Of a stretch of 64,000 bases of DNA, positions 20,006-30,372 are shown in pieces. How positions within the stretch are numbered: the first letter of the stretch is position 1; every line of letters starts with the position of its first letter. Source of the DNA: Alphaproteobacteria bacterium. GTDB taxonomy: Bacteria > Pseudomonadota > Alphaproteobacteria > GCA-2731375. The translations under genes were made by a program, and so were the position numbers. The stretch covers positions 32,001 to 96,000 of the forward strand of contig CBDDBZ010000030.1 of assembly GCA_965225945.1 (NCBI GenBank). The letters are read 5' to 3'. The notes beneath the pieces are model-generated. The model did not search any database. It was not told where the DNA came from and saw only the letters and a list, made by a program, of their open reading frames with translations.

Positions 20006-21295
20006 ATGCGCATCAATTCTTTTCGCCCGGCCGCCGCGTTGACCTCGGCGCTGGTCGCTGGGCTCTGGGCGGGCCCCGCGGCGGCCGCCGAGCTCAACAG
20101 CGGCGACACCGCCTGGATGCTGACCTCGACCGCCATCGTCCTGATGATGACGATCCCGGGCATCGCCCTCTTCTACGGCGGCATGGTCCGTAAGAAGAAC
20201 GTGCTCGCGACCCTGATGCAGAGCTTCGCCACTTGCTGCCTCGCCACCGTGATCTGGATGGTGATCGGCTATTCCCTCGCCTTCGGCGGCGAGGGGGCGT
20301 TCCATGGCGGCTTCTCCAAGATCTTCCTGGCCTCCATGACCAAGGAGGCGATGAGCGGGAGCATCCCGGAAAGCGTCTTCATGACCTTCCAGATGACCTT
20401 CGCCATCATCACCCCGGCGCTGATCACCGGTGCGGTGGCGGAGCGGATGAAGTTTTCCGCGCTCATGGTCTTCATCGGCCTCTGGTCGATCCTGGTCTAT
20501 GCGCCGATCGCCCACTGGGTTTGGGGCGAGGGCGGTTTCCTCGCCGCCGCGGGCGTGCTCGACTTCGCCGGCGGCACCGTCGTGCACATCAATTCGGGCG
20601 TCGCGGCGCTGGTCGTCTGCATCATGCTCGGCAAGCGGCTTGGCTATGGTCGCGAGAATCTAGCGCCGCACCATGTCGGGTTCACCGTCATCGGCGCCTC
20701 GCTGCTCTGGGTCGGCTGGTTCGGTTTCAATGCCGGCTCGGCGCTGGCGGCCGACAATGGCGCCGGCATGGCCATGGCGGTGACCCAGATCGCGACCGCG
20801 ACCGCCGCCCTCGCCTGGATGGCGGTGGAGTGGATCCGGGACGGCAAGCCGAGCGTGCTCGGCATCGCCTCGGGCGCGATCGCCGGTCTCGTCGCGATCA
20901 CGCCGGCGGCCGGCTTCATCGCCCCCGGCGCCGCCCTGGTCCTGGGCGCGATCGCCGGCGTGGTCTGCTACTGGGCCGTCACCTGGCTCAAGCTCAAGCT
21001 CGGCTATGACGATTCGCTCGACGTCTTCGGCGTCCACGGCGTCGGCGGCATCGTCGGCGCGCTGCTGACCGGCGTGTTCGCCAGCGAGGCGATCGGCGGC
21101 ACAGCGGGCCTCCTGGAAGGCAACGCCATGCAGGTGGTGAAGCAGGCCGAGGGCATCGCCGCCATCATCGTCTACACCGCCGTGGTCTCGGCGGTCCTGA
21201 TCAAGCTGATCGACCTGGTGATGGGAATCCGGGTGGACGAGGATAGCGAGCGCGAGGGTCTCGATATTCGCCTCCACGGCGAAAGCGTGATGTGA
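20006..21295 (+). CDS. amtB: Ammonium transporter
   Basis: FQMTFAIITPAL, DFAGGTVVH, WFGFNAGS, DDSLDVFGVHG. Confidence 0.98.
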   Translation: MRINSFRPAAALTSALVAGLWAGPAAAAELNSGDTAWMLTSTAIVLMMTIPGIALFYGGMVRKKNVLATLMQSFATCCLATVIWMVIGYSLAFGGEGAFHGGFSKIFLASMTKEAMSGSIPESVFMTFQMTFAIITPALITGAVAERMKFSALMVFIGLWSILVYAPIAHWVWGEGGFLAAAGVLDFAGGTVVHINSGVAALVVCIMLGKRLGYGRENLAPHHVGFTVIGASLLWVGWFGFNAGSALAADNGAGMAMAVTQIATATAALAWMAVEWIRDGKPSVLGIASGAIAGLVAITPAAGFIAPGAALVLGAIAGVVCYWAVTWLKLKLGYDDSLDVFGVHGVGGIVGALLTGVFASEAIGGTAGLLEGNAMQVVKQAEGIAAIIVYTAVVSAVLIKLIDLVMGIRVDEDSEREGLDIRLHGESVM

Positions 21296-21308
21296 TCCCA
21301 ATGCTGGC

Positions 21309-21335
21309 GGCGGGGCGGCTCGGCGCCGCCCCGCC
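21309..21335 (+). terminator. GC-rich hairpin after amtB
   Basis: GGCGGGGCGGC-tcggc-GCCGCCCCGCC, 11-bp stem; no U-tract. Confidence 0.5.
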
Positions 21336-21545
21336 GGCCAAATTCGAGGCCCTCGTTCGAACCGGAACAAACCACGAAGAGCGAGGCCTGGGACCTCCCT
21401 CTTTTTATGCTCGACGCGAGCTTTCAGCCGCAAGCCCTTGTGTGGACAGTGAGATGTGGATACAGTATATTCTCGGCGTTTAGGTTATGTTCGCTATCGG
21501 GCGAATCGCTCCGCGAATGGGTGCGAATCACTTCGGGTCACGGCC

Positions 21546-22736
21546 ATGTTCAACCCTCGTCTCGGCCTCCTTCCCGACTATCCCTTCGAGCGCCTGCGCG
21601 GCCTGCTGGACCATCTGCCGCCGGCCGAGGGCGTGGAGCAAATTTGGATGAGCCTGGGGGAGCCGCGCCATCCCTACCCCGACCTGGTCGCCCAGACGAT
21701 GGCGGAAAACGCCCATCTCTACGGCAAGTATCCGCCCAATCGCGGCACCCCGGCGTTGCGCCAGGCGATCGCCGAGTGGCTCCGGCGACGCTACGCCCTG
21801 CCGGAGGGGCTGATCAGCGCGGACGCGAACGTGGTCGCCATCTCCGGCACCCGCGAGGGCCTCTTCATGTGCGCGCTGATCTATGTGCCGGAGGAAAAGG
21901 CGGGCGGCCGGCCGACGGTGCTGATGCCCAATCCCTTCTACCAGTGCTACGCGGGCGCGGCCTTGGCGGCGGGGGCGGAGCCGGTCTATCTGGCGACGCC
22001 GAGGGCGGCGAATTTTCTCCCCGACCTCGACGCCCTCGACGAGGATCTGCTGGCGCGCACCGCCCTCTTCTACCTCTGTTCGCCCGCCAATCCCCAAGGC
22101 ACGATGGCCGACGCCGGCTATCTCGAACGCTTGCTCGGACTCGCCCGGCGGCATGAATTCGTCCTGGCGATGGACGAGTGCTATGCCGAGATTTACACTG
22201 CGGAGGCGCCGCTCGGCTGCCTCGAAGTCGCCGAGCAGATGGGGGGCTCGCTCGACAACCTGTTGGTTTTCCACTCGCTTTCCAAACGCTCCAACGTGCC
22301 GGGACTACGTTCCGGCTTCGTCGCAGGGGATGCAGGCTTGATCGCCCGCTTCGCCAAGATGCGCGACTATGGCGGCAATCCGGCGCCGCTTCCGATCGAC
22401 GCGACGGCGACCGCGCTCTGGCGCGCGGAGAGCCACGTGGTCGAGAACCGCCGGCTCTACCAGGAGAAGTTCAACCTCGCCGAGCAGGTGATCGGCAATC
22501 GCTTCGGCTTTTACAAGCCCAAGGGCGGCTTCTTCCTCTGGCTCGACGTCGGCGACGGGGTCGAGGCGACACGCGGGCTGTGGACCGAGGCGGCACTCCG
22601 GGTTCTGCCGGGGGCCTATCTCACCGCCGATGTCGCGGGCGAGGAAAACGCGGGCACACCCTATATCCGCCTCGCCATGGTGCACGACCGGGAGACCACG
22701 GCGGAGGCGCTGCGTCGCCTCGCCGAGGTGCTCTAG
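21546..22736 (+). CDS. Class I/II PLP aminotransferase (DapC-like)
   Basis: YPFERL, CSPANPQG, DECYAEIY, SLSKRSNVPGLRSG. Confidence 0.88.
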   Translation: MFNPRLGLLPDYPFERLRGLLDHLPPAEGVEQIWMSLGEPRHPYPDLVAQTMAENAHLYGKYPPNRGTPALRQAIAEWLRRRYALPEGLISADANVVAISGTREGLFMCALIYVPEEKAGGRPTVLMPNPFYQCYAGAALAAGAEPVYLATPRAANFLPDLDALDEDLLARTALFYLCSPANPQGTMADAGYLERLLGLARRHEFVLAMDECYAEIYTAEAPLGCLEVAEQMGGSLDNLLVFHSLSKRSNVPGLRSGFVAGDAGLIARFAKMRDYGGNPAPLPIDATATALWRAESHVVENRRLYQEKFNLAEQVIGNRFGFYKPKGGFFLWLDVGDGVEATRGLWTEAALRVLPGAYLTADVAGEENAGTPYIRLAMVHDRETTAEALRRLAEVL

Positions 22737-22778
22737 CGCATGATCCGCGCGCGAAATCGCCGGATGGGGGTCCGTGAG

Positions 22779-25121
22779 ATGAGCGAACTAGGTGGCCTTG
22801 GACGTCTGACCTTGCTGCCGGCGGGTGCGGCGCCCTTTCTTCGCCGCCGCGCGGGCGAGTTCGCCGGCCTCGGCGCCCTGGCCCTGGCGGCGACCTTGGC
22901 CCTGGCGCTCGCCAGCTTTGAGGCCAGCGATGCGAGCTGGAACACCGCCGGCGGCGGAACGATTGCCAACTGGCTCGGCGCGCCGGGGGCACTGACCGCC
23001 GATCTGCTGCTGCAGGCGATCGGCCTCGCCGCGGTACCACCGATCCTGGTTCTGTTCGTCTGGTCCTGGCACCTCTTGTCGCATCGCGGAATCCGCCGTT
23101 TCGGCTGGCGGCTGGCGGCGCTCGCAATCGCGGTCGCCACCGCCGCCGTGCTGGCCGCGAGCGTGGCGACGCCCGCCGCATGGCCGCTGGCCAGCGGTCT
23201 CGGTGGCGTCGGCGGCGACCTCGCGGTCCAGGGCATCGGGCACCTGGCCGCGGCCTTCGGCTTCGTTCCCCGGCCGCAGGCGATCGCCGTGGGCGCGAGC
23301 GGCCTGGCGCTCGCCGCCGGGCTCCTGGCCTTGGGGCTCGACAGAGGCGAATGGCTGGGCGTCGGGCATGGCGTGGCGGGGCTCGCTCGGATCGCCGTCG
23401 CTCTCCTCGCCCAGCCGGCTCGGCTCGGCCGGGGCATTCGGGCGCGCCTCGCGCGTCGCCGGGCGCCGCTCGCCGAGGACGGCGGGGGCCAGGCGACGCC
23501 GACTCGAGCCCGGCCCGCGCGCCGTGTCGCCAAGTCGAAAGTGCGGGAGACGCGCGGCAAGCGAGCCGAGGCGGCCGATCAGTCCAGCCTGGATCTGGGA
23601 CCGGTCGGCGACTATCAGCTCCCACCGCTGAGTCTCTTGGCCGAGCCGGACCCGGGGAATCGCGGCACCGCCGTCAACGAGGAAGCGCTGGAGCAGAACG
23701 CCCGCATGTTGGAGTCGGTGCTGGACGACTACGGTGTCCGCGGCCGCATCATCAAGGTCCGGCCCGGCCCGGTGGTCACGCTTTACGAACTGGAGCCGGC
23801 GCCCGGCACCAAATCGAGCCGGGTCATTGGCCTCGCCGACGACATCGCCCGCTCTATGAGCGCGATCTCGGTCCGTGTCGCCGTGGTGCCGGGGCGCAAC
23901 GTCATCGGCATCGAATTGCCCAACCTCGACCGCGAGGACGTGCTGCTGCGCGAACTTCTGGCCAGCAACGACTTCGAGGATCCCCAGATCGCCCTCGGCC
24001 TGGCGCTCGGCCGCGACATCGGCGGCGCGCCCGTGCTGGCCGACCTCGCCCGAATGCCGCACCTGCTGATCGCCGGCACCACGGGGTCGGGCAAGTCGGT
24101 CGCCATCAACACCATGATCCTCTCGCTGCTCTACCGCCTGCCGCCGGAGCGTTGCCGGATGATCATGATCGATCCGAAGATGCTGGAACTGAGCGTCTAC
24201 GACGACATCCCCCATCTCCTGACCCCCGTGGTGACCGATCCGGCCAAGGCCGTCGTCGCGCTGAAGTGGACCGTCCGCGAGATGGAGACCCGCTACAAGG
24301 CGATGGCGCGGCTCGGCGTGCGCAACATCACCGGCTACAACCAGCGTCTGGCCGAGGCCCGCGACAAGGACGAGAAGCTGACCCGAACGGTGCAGACCGG
24401 CTTCGATCCCGAGACCGGCAAGCCGATTTTCGAGCAGCAGTTGCTCGAGCTGGAGCCGTTGCCCTTCATCGTCGTCGTGGTCGACGAGATGGCCGACCTG
24501 ATGATGCTCGCCGGCAAGGACATCGAGGGCGCGATCCAACGCCTGGCGCAGATGGCGCGGGCCGCGGGCATTCATCTCATCATGGCGACGCAACGGCCCT
24601 CGGTCGACGTCATCACCGGGACCATCAAGGCCAACTTCCCGACCCGCATCTCTTTCCAGGTGACCAGCAAGATCGACAGCCGCACGATTCTCGGCGAACA
24701 GGGTGCCGAGCAGCTTCTGGGCCAGGGTGACATGCTCTACATGGTCGGCGGCGGCCGGGTCACCCGAGTGCACGGTCCCTTGGTCTCGGACGGCGAAGTC
24801 GAGCGGATCGCCACCTACCTCCGGGGCCAGGGGGAGCCGGACTATCTCGACGCGGTGACCGAGGACGACGGCGAGGGTGGCGGCGAGGGGTTTGCGGGCG
24901 CCGACATGGGCGGCAGCGGCGACGAGTTCTACGACCGCGCCGTCGATGTCGTCGCGCGCCACCGCAAGGCCTCCACCAGCTTCGTGCAGCGGCAATTGCA
25001 GATCGGCTATAATCGCGCCGCCAACCTGATCGAGCGGATGGAGGACGAGGGCGTGATCGGCCCACCGAATCACGTCGGCAAGCGGGAAATCTTCGTCCGC
25101 GATCCGAGCGAGGACTTGTAG
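22779..25121 (+). CDS. ftsK: DNA translocase FtsK (start uncertain, 22740 possible)
   Basis: N-terminal TM region, [26 protein letters not shown], gamma domain IGYNRAA. Confidence 0.97.
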   Translation: MSELGGLGRLTLLPAGAAPFLRRRAGEFAGLGALALAATLALALASFEASDASWNTAGGGTIANWLGAPGALTADLLLQAIGLAAVPPILVLFVWSWHLLSHRGIRRFGWRLAALAIAVATAAVLAASVATPAAWPLASGLGGVGGDLAVQGIGHLAAAFGFVPRPQAIAVGASGLALAAGLLALGLDRGEWLGVGHGVAGLARIAVALLAQPARLGRGIRARLARRRAPLAEDGGGQATPTRARPARRVAKSKVRETRGKRAEAADQSSLDLGPVGDYQLPPLSLLAEPDPGNRGTAVNEEALEQNARMLESVLDDYGVRGRIIKVRPGPVVTLYELEPAPGTKSSRVIGLADDIARSMSAISVRVAVVPGRNVIGIELPNLDREDVLLRELLASNDFEDPQIALGLALGRDIGGAPVLADLARMPHLLIAGTTGSGKSVAINTMILSLLYRLPPERCRMIMIDPKMLELSVYDDIPHLLTPVVTDPAKAVVALKWTVREMETRYKAMARLGVRNITGYNQRLAEARDKDEKLTRTVQTGFDPETGKPIFEQQLLELEPLPFIVVVVDEMADLMMLAGKDIEGAIQRLAQMARAAGIHLIMATQRPSVDVITGTIKANFPTRISFQVTSKIDSRTILGEQGAEQLLGQGDMLYMVGGGRVTRVHGPLVSDGEVERIATYLRGQGEPDYLDAVTEDDGEGGGEGFAGADMGGSGDEFYDRAVDVVARHRKASTSFVQRQLQIGYNRAANLIERMEDEGVIGPPNHVGKREIFVRDPSEDL

Positions 25122-25181
25122 TCGGAGACGCCGGACGCCATGATTCCCACCGGCCCGGGCGAGCAGCGAGGAGGTGCGCGC

Positions 25182-25820
25182 GTGGCACGATCATGGCTAC
25201 GACAGCTGGGCCGGAGCCTGCTCGTGGCGTGTCTCTGGCTCGGCCTCGCGAGCGCGGCCGCCGGGGCGGAGCTCGGTGAGGCGGACAAGGCGGACGTTGC
25301 CCGTATCGCCGCCTATCTGAACGATGTCCGCTCGCTGAAGGCGCGCTTCATCCAAGTCGGCCCCAACGGCGAGCTGGCGCAAGGCGACCTCTATCTCCGC
25401 CGCCCGGGCCGGCTGCGTTTCGAATACGACCCGCCGAGCCCCCTGCTGCTGGTGGCCGACGGCTTTTGGCTCATCCTGCAAGACAAGGAGCTGGAGCAGG
25501 TGAGCCGCTGGCCGGTGAACGACACGCCCTTGGGCGTGCTGGTCGCCGACGATATCGAGCTCGACGGGCGGCGCACCCGGGTCACCGAGGTCGGGCGCCG
25601 CGCGGGCGTGTTGACGGTGACACTGATCGACCGGGAACGGCCAGACGAGGGCTCGGTCACCCTGGTGTTCTCAGACTCGCCGCTCAGGCTCCGGCAGTGG
25701 CGGATCGTGGATGCGCAGGGCGGGGTCACCAACCTCTCCTTGCAGCGGACCCAGCTCAATCCGAAGCTCGATCCCGAACTCTTCGTCTTCACCGATCCCG
25801 AAGGGACCTATGATCGTTGA
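25182..25820 (+). CDS. lolA: Outer-membrane lipoprotein carrier LolA family
   Basis: Signal peptide, FIQ...G...RPGRLRFEYDPP; follows ftsK; GTG start after GGAGG. Confidence 0.88.
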   Translation: MARSWLRQLGRSLLVACLWLGLASAAAGAELGEADKADVARIAAYLNDVRSLKARFIQVGPNGELAQGDLYLRRPGRLRFEYDPPSPLLLVADGFWLILQDKELEQVSRWPVNDTPLGVLVADDIELDGRRTRVTEVGRRAGVLTVTLIDRERPDEGSVTLVFSDSPLRLRQWRIVDAQGGVTNLSLQRTQLNPKLDPELFVFTDPEGTYDR

Positions 25821-25937
25821 TGCATGATCCGCTCCCGACGGTTGGATCGCGGGCGCGGGGCGGATAGGATGCGGACCCGTTCGAGCGAATCATGCCGCGT
25901 ATGGCCGGCCCTGGGCAGGCGTAGTCGGGAATTGGGT

Positions 25938-26750
25938 ATGAGCGAGGCGACCCTCCGGCCCTTGGTCGGGATCATCACCAACTACAAGGACGGGGATCAC
26001 CACGTCCATCACGCCGTCAGCGACACATACGTCCAGGCGGTGGCGAGCGCGACCAGCGGCGTGCCCGTCGGCCTGCCGGCGCTGGGCGACGGCTTCGACG
26101 CCGAGGGCTGGCTCGCCCACCTCGACGGCGTGGTGCTGACGGGCGGTGCCTCCAACATCGAGCCGCATCGCTATGACCAGGAGGTTCGCGACGGCGACGA
26201 GAGCGAGCGCGACGCGATGCGCGATGGCAGCGCGATCGCGCTGGTCCGGGGCGCCGTCCGGCGCGGCGTGCCGCTGCTCGGGATCTGCCGGGGCATCCAG
26301 GAAATGAACGTCGCCCTCGGCGGCAGCCTTTATCCGCTGCTCCATCAAGTCCCCGGGCGTCGCGATCACCGCCGCCAGCGCGACCAGCCCCGGGAGGTCC
26401 AGTTGGCGCCCCGCCACCGCCTACGCTTGACGCCGGGCAGCCTGATGGCGGCCATCGCCGAGGCGGAGGAGGTGGTGGTCAACTCGCTCCACGGCCAGGG
26501 GATCGACCGTTTGGCGCCCGGACTGCAGGTCGACGGCGTGGCCGACGACGGCACCATCGAGGCGGTCTCGGCGCCGAGCGCGCCGGGCTTCGTTCTGGGC
26601 GTGCAGTGGCATTGCGAGCATAGCCCCGAGGCGACGCCGCTCCACGGCAAGATCTTCGCCGCCTTCGACAAGGCGATCCGGGCGCACGCCCTCGCGCGTT
26701 CCGCCGGCGCGGACAAGCCGCGAGCCCTGCCGGTGCGAGCGGCGCAATGA
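25938..26750 (+). CDS. Gamma-glutamyl-GABA hydrolase family (peptidase C26, PuuD-like)
   Basis: LTGGASNIEP, GICRGIQEMNVALGG, VNSLHGQGI, GVQWHCE. Confidence 0.9.
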   Translation: MSEATLRPLVGIITNYKDGDHHVHHAVSDTYVQAVASATSGVPVGLPALGDGFDAEGWLAHLDGVVLTGGASNIEPHRYDQEVRDGDESERDAMRDGSAIALVRGAVRRGVPLLGICRGIQEMNVALGGSLYPLLHQVPGRRDHRRQRDQPREVQLAPRHRLRLTPGSLMAAIAEAEEVVVNSLHGQGIDRLAPGLQVDGVADDGTIEAVSAPSAPGFVLGVQWHCEHSPEATPLHGKIFAAFDKAIRAHALARSAGADKPRALPVRAAQ

Positions 26751-27796
26751 CCGAGGCGGCGGTCCAGGACGCCCGGCGCGCCTTCTACGAGCGGATCGCC
26801 ACGCGCCACATGACGCCGCTATGGGAGGTCGTGCACCAACTGGTCTCGTCGGCGCCATCGCCGGCGGCCGAGCCGGTGGTGTGGCGCTATGGGGATATTC
26901 GCGACGATATCTTGGAGTCCGGCGGGTTGATCACTGCCAAGGAGGCGGTGCGCCGCGTCCTGGTGCTGGAGAACCCGGGTCTCGCCGGCACCAGCCGCGT
27001 CACCGACACGCTCTATGCCGGAATGCAGCTCATCCTGCCGGGAGAGGTGGCGCCGGCGCACCGCCATTCTCAGAGCGCGCTCCGCTTCGTCATCGAGGGC
27101 GAGGGCGCCTATACCGCCGTCGAGGGCGAGCGGGCCTATATGGCGCCGGGCGACTTCGTCATCACGCCGACGTGGTGCTGGCACGACCACGGCAACGAAA
27201 GCGAGGCGGCGATGATCTGGCTCGACGGGCTCGACATCCCGATCGTCGCCCTGTTGCGCGCGACCTTCGCCGAGCCCTATCCCGAGGACGCCCAGGTCGA
27301 GAGCCGACCCTCCGGCGATTCGCTGGCGCGTTACGGCGCCGGCCTGCTGCCGGTCGACCATGAGGCACGCTCCCCGGTCTCGCCGCTCTTCCACTATCCC
27401 TTTGAGCGCACCCGCGAGGCGCTGGAGACCATGCGCCGGCGCGAGGCCTGGGACCCCTGCCACGGCCTGAAGCTCCGCTACGTCAATCCGGCGACCGGCG
27501 GTCCGGCGATGGCGACCATCGGTACCTTCATGCAGCTCCTGCCCAAGGGCTTCGCCGGCGAGGACTACCGCTCGACCGACGGCCAGGTGTTCTCCGTGGT
27601 CGAGGGCCGGGGCCGGACAGTGGTCGGCGCGACGGTGCTGGAATGGGGCCCGCGCGACACCTTCGTCGTGCCCGCCTGGGCCCGTCATCGCCACCTCGCG
27701 GACGCCGACGCGGTCCTGTTCAGCTTCTCCGACCGACCGGTGCAGACGGCGCTCGGCCTCTGGCGCGAGGCGCGCGGCAACGGCGGCGACGGATGA
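26747..27796 (+). CDS. gtdA: Gentisate 1,2-dioxygenase (bicupin)
   Basis: RRVLVLENPG, LYAGMQLILPGEVAPAHRHSQSALRF, WHDHGN, WLDGLDIP. Confidence 0.9.
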   Translation: MTEAAVQDARRAFYERIATRHMTPLWEVVHQLVSSAPSPAAEPVVWRYGDIRDDILESGGLITAKEAVRRVLVLENPGLAGTSRVTDTLYAGMQLILPGEVAPAHRHSQSALRFVIEGEGAYTAVEGERAYMAPGDFVITPTWCWHDHGNESEAAMIWLDGLDIPIVALLRATFAEPYPEDAQVESRPSGDSLARYGAGLLPVDHEARSPVSPLFHYPFERTREALETMRRREAWDPCHGLKLRYVNPATGGPAMATIGTFMQLLPKGFAGEDYRSTDGQVFSVVEGRGRTVVGATVLEWGPRDTFVVPAWARHRHLADADAVLFSFSDRPVQTALGLWREARGNGGDG

Positions 27797-28410
27797 GCGA
27801 TTCGTTGGCTTCCGGCGACGGCGAGCCCCCCCTCGACGATGAGGAAGACCTGGATCTCGGCGAATTTCCGGGGCTCCGCGCCCTCGCCAGGTTTGCCCGC
27901 TTGGTCCCCGATCTCGGCTGGTTCCAGAACCTCGGCAACGAGTTGGACGAGGACGAAATCGAATGGGCCGAGGCCTATCTGGCGGAGATGGGCTTTCCCG
28001 ACTCGACCGTGGCCCCCGTCGGCGACTGGGAGGAGGCGGCGGCCGCCGCCGCCAGCGCCGACTGGAACAGCCCCTGGTGGGAGGCGGAGGAGGGGCTTCG
28101 CGCCGCGCTGATGGTGGAGGCCTGCGCGCGGATCGGCGAGGAGCGGCTGGAAGTCGCGTTGGCCCACCTCGCCGCCCGAGCCGCCGACGCGATCCGAGTC
28201 GGGGCCGAGGTGGCCGCCGCCCGAGACGGCGTAATCGACGAGGAGTTGGTGCGCGCCGCCGCCGGCGCCGCCGCCCAGGCCGCGCATCAGGCGGCACTGG
28301 TCCTCGCCGCCGAGATCGAGGACGAGCATCCCTTCGCTCTCAAGTTCCGCCTCTTCGAGACCGGCCGCTGGCCCATCGGCCTCACCGGCCACAGTTTTCA
28401 TCTCTACTGA
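27793..28410 (+). CDS. Conserved hypothetical acidic protein
   Basis: ATGA overlap with gtdA; C-terminal HPFALKFRLFETGRWPIG. Confidence 0.75.
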   Translation: MSDSLASGDGEPPLDDEEDLDLGEFPGLRALARFARLVPDLGWFQNLGNELDEDEIEWAEAYLAEMGFPDSTVAPVGDWEEAAAAAASADWNSPWWEAEEGLRAALMVEACARIGEERLEVALAHLAARAADAIRVGAEVAAARDGVIDEELVRAAAGAAAQAAHQAALVLAAEIEDEHPFALKFRLFETGRWPIGLTGHSFHLY

Positions 28411-28472
28411 ACGGGAGTGTTCATGTCCCCGGTGACGCTCACATTCACCCACGCTGCCTCGGGCGGCGCCTG

Positions 28473-29276
28473 ATGTCCAAACTCCGGCTCGCCACCTGGA
28501 ACATCAACTCGGTCCGTTCCCACATGGACGTGGTGGAGCGCTTCGTCGCCGCCGAGACGCCGGACATCCTCTGCCTGCAGGAGACCAAGGTCGCCGACGA
28601 GCGGTTTCCCTTGGCACCCTTCCGCAAGATGGGCTTCGCCCACCATGCCATCCACGGCCAGAAGGCCTATCACGGGGTCGCCGTCTTCTCGCGCACCCTG
28701 CCGCTCGACAAGGTCACGCGGCGGCAATGGTGCGACAGCGCCGACGCCCGTCATCTCCACTGCCGGATCGCCGACGGGATCGAGTTGCACAACTTCTATG
28801 TTCCCGCGGGCGGCGACGTTCCCGATGTCGAGGGGAACGACAAATTCCGTCACAAGCTCCAGTTCATGACCGAGGTCACGGACTGGTTCCGCCGCCGCAA
28901 GCGCCGCGCCAATCGCTTCGTCCTGGTCGGCGATCTGAACGTGGCACCACTGGAGAGCGACGTCTGGAACCACAAGCAACTGCTGAAGGTGGTGAGCCAC
29001 ACGCCGATCGAGGTCGAGCACATGGCCCGTTGGCGGGCCAGCCACGACTGGGTCGACGCCGTCCGCCAGCTGATCCCGCCGGAAGAAGTGCTCTATAGCT
29101 GGTGGAGCTACCGGGCCCGCGACTGGGAGGCGGCGGACCGGGGCAGACGACTGGACCACGTCTGGGTGACGCCGGCGCTCAGCGGCGCGATCCGCGAGGC
29201 GCGCGTCGTCAAGGCCGCGCGCGGCTGGCCGAAGACCAGCGACCACGCGCCGGTGGTGGTCGATCTGGAGCTCTGA
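28473..29276 (+). CDS. xth: Exodeoxyribonuclease III
   Basis: ATWNINSVR, LCLQETK, GDLNVAP, RRLDHVW, SDHAPV. Confidence 0.96.
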   Translation: MSKLRLATWNINSVRSHMDVVERFVAAETPDILCLQETKVADERFPLAPFRKMGFAHHAIHGQKAYHGVAVFSRTLPLDKVTRRQWCDSADARHLHCRIADGIELHNFYVPAGGDVPDVEGNDKFRHKLQFMTEVTDWFRRRKRRANRFVLVGDLNVAPLESDVWNHKQLLKVVSHTPIEVEHMARWRASHDWVDAVRQLIPPEEVLYSWWSYRARDWEAADRGRRLDHVWVTPALSGAIREARVVKAARGWPKTSDHAPVVVDLEL

Positions 29277-29344
29277 CGGCAACTGCACCGTACGGCTCGT
29301 TTTCCACTCGGGCCGTGTGACTTCCGTCACTCGAGCCTATCGCT

Positions 29345-29365
29345 GCCGGCCCTCGGGGGGCCGGC
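29345..29365. terminator. Hairpin between convergent xth and methyltransferase genes
   Basis: GCCGGCCC-tcggg-GGGCCGGC. Confidence 0.45.
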
Positions 29366-29386
29366 GCGGCTTCCAGCCTCAGACGG

Positions 29387-29875
29387 TCAACGATTGACGT
29401 ACATGTGATAGCGCCCGGGCGCCACCGCCTCGGGCGTTTCCATCGCCTCGAAACCAGCGGCCTCCATCACCTGATCGGCAACCACGATGGCGCCGGGCGC
29501 AAGCAAGCGCGCGAGCCTCGGCGCAACCCATGCGGCAAGCGCCACCGACGCCGCCTTGTCGCCACCGCCGATATCGCAATGTGCCAGCACCGCCGGCGCG
29601 CCAATCCGCGCCACGGCGTCCGGAAGGGTGTCTTGGATCTCGCCCAGGAGCATGTGGGCAGCATCCGGAATACTGTCCGGATGCGCGGCCACCTGGCGGT
29701 CGAAGACGAAGATTTCACGATCCGGCATGCGCTCGCGGAGATGGTCGAAGGTGCGGCCGTTGCCGAGTCCGAGTTCGAGCACCGGTCCGCTCCGCGCGCC
29801 GACCAACGAGACCGCCAGGTCGAGGCAGGCGCGCTGGGCTTTCAGGCGGCGGATGAAGGAGTCGAGGCGGCTCAT
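29387..29875 (-). CDS. Small class I SAM-dependent methyltransferase (Methyltransf_17-like)
   Basis: MSRLDSFIRRL..QR..L, VLELGLGNGRTFDHLRE; ATGA overlap with upstream cNMP-binding gene. Confidence 0.85.
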   Translation of the reverse strand: MSRLDSFIRRLKAQRACLDLAVSLVGARSGPVLELGLGNGRTFDHLRERMPDREIFVFDRQVAAHPDSIPDAAHMLLGEIQDTLPDAVARIGAPAVLAHCDIGGGDKAASVALAAWVAPRLARLLAPGAIVVADQVMEAAGFEAMETPEAVAPGRYHMYVNR

Positions 29876-30348
29876 TGATCCGTCGCGGCGCTGGCTTTTG
29901 CCAGGCGTTGATTGGCTTCCGAGAGCTGCAGGTTGGTCTGTTCCAGGCGGCGCGCCAGCTCACGCATGATCTCGATCCCCATTTCGGGGAATTCGGTTAT
30001 CATGCGGAAGAACAGGTCCTTGGAAATTTTCAGGGTCTCGAGTTCGCCCGTGGCCCGGATCGTCGCCGTTCTGGGCACGTCGATCAGAATGGCGATCTCG
30101 CCGACGAATGCGTTCTTCGAGACATGCGCGACCGTGAGTGGCCCGTTCGGCGTATCGATGATGACGTCCGCCTCGCCGCGCACGATGACGTAGGCGGCAT
30201 CGCCGATATCACCCTGGCGGAAAATGTCCTGCTGGGCGGGATAGGTCAGCCGTTCACTGGTGAACGCCAGCAATTTGAGCCGCGAGGGCTCGATGTTGGC
30301 GAAGAGCGGTACGCTCCGCAGCAACTCGACTTCTTCGCTCAGGCTCAT
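29872..30348 (-). CDS. Stand-alone cyclic nucleotide-binding domain protein
   Basis: LRSVPLF, FRQGDIGDAAYVIVRG, phosphate-binding cassette GEIAILIDVPRTAT; no HTH. Confidence 0.93.
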   Translation of the reverse strand: MSLSEEVELLRSVPLFANIEPSRLKLLAFTSERLTYPAQQDIFRQGDIGDAAYVIVRGEADVIIDTPNGPLTVAHVSKNAFVGEIAILIDVPRTATIRATGELETLKISKDLFFRMITEFPEMGIEIMRELARRLEQTNLQLSEANQRLAKASAATDQ

Positions 30349-30372
30349 GGTCTCGCTCCGGGTTCCATTGAA

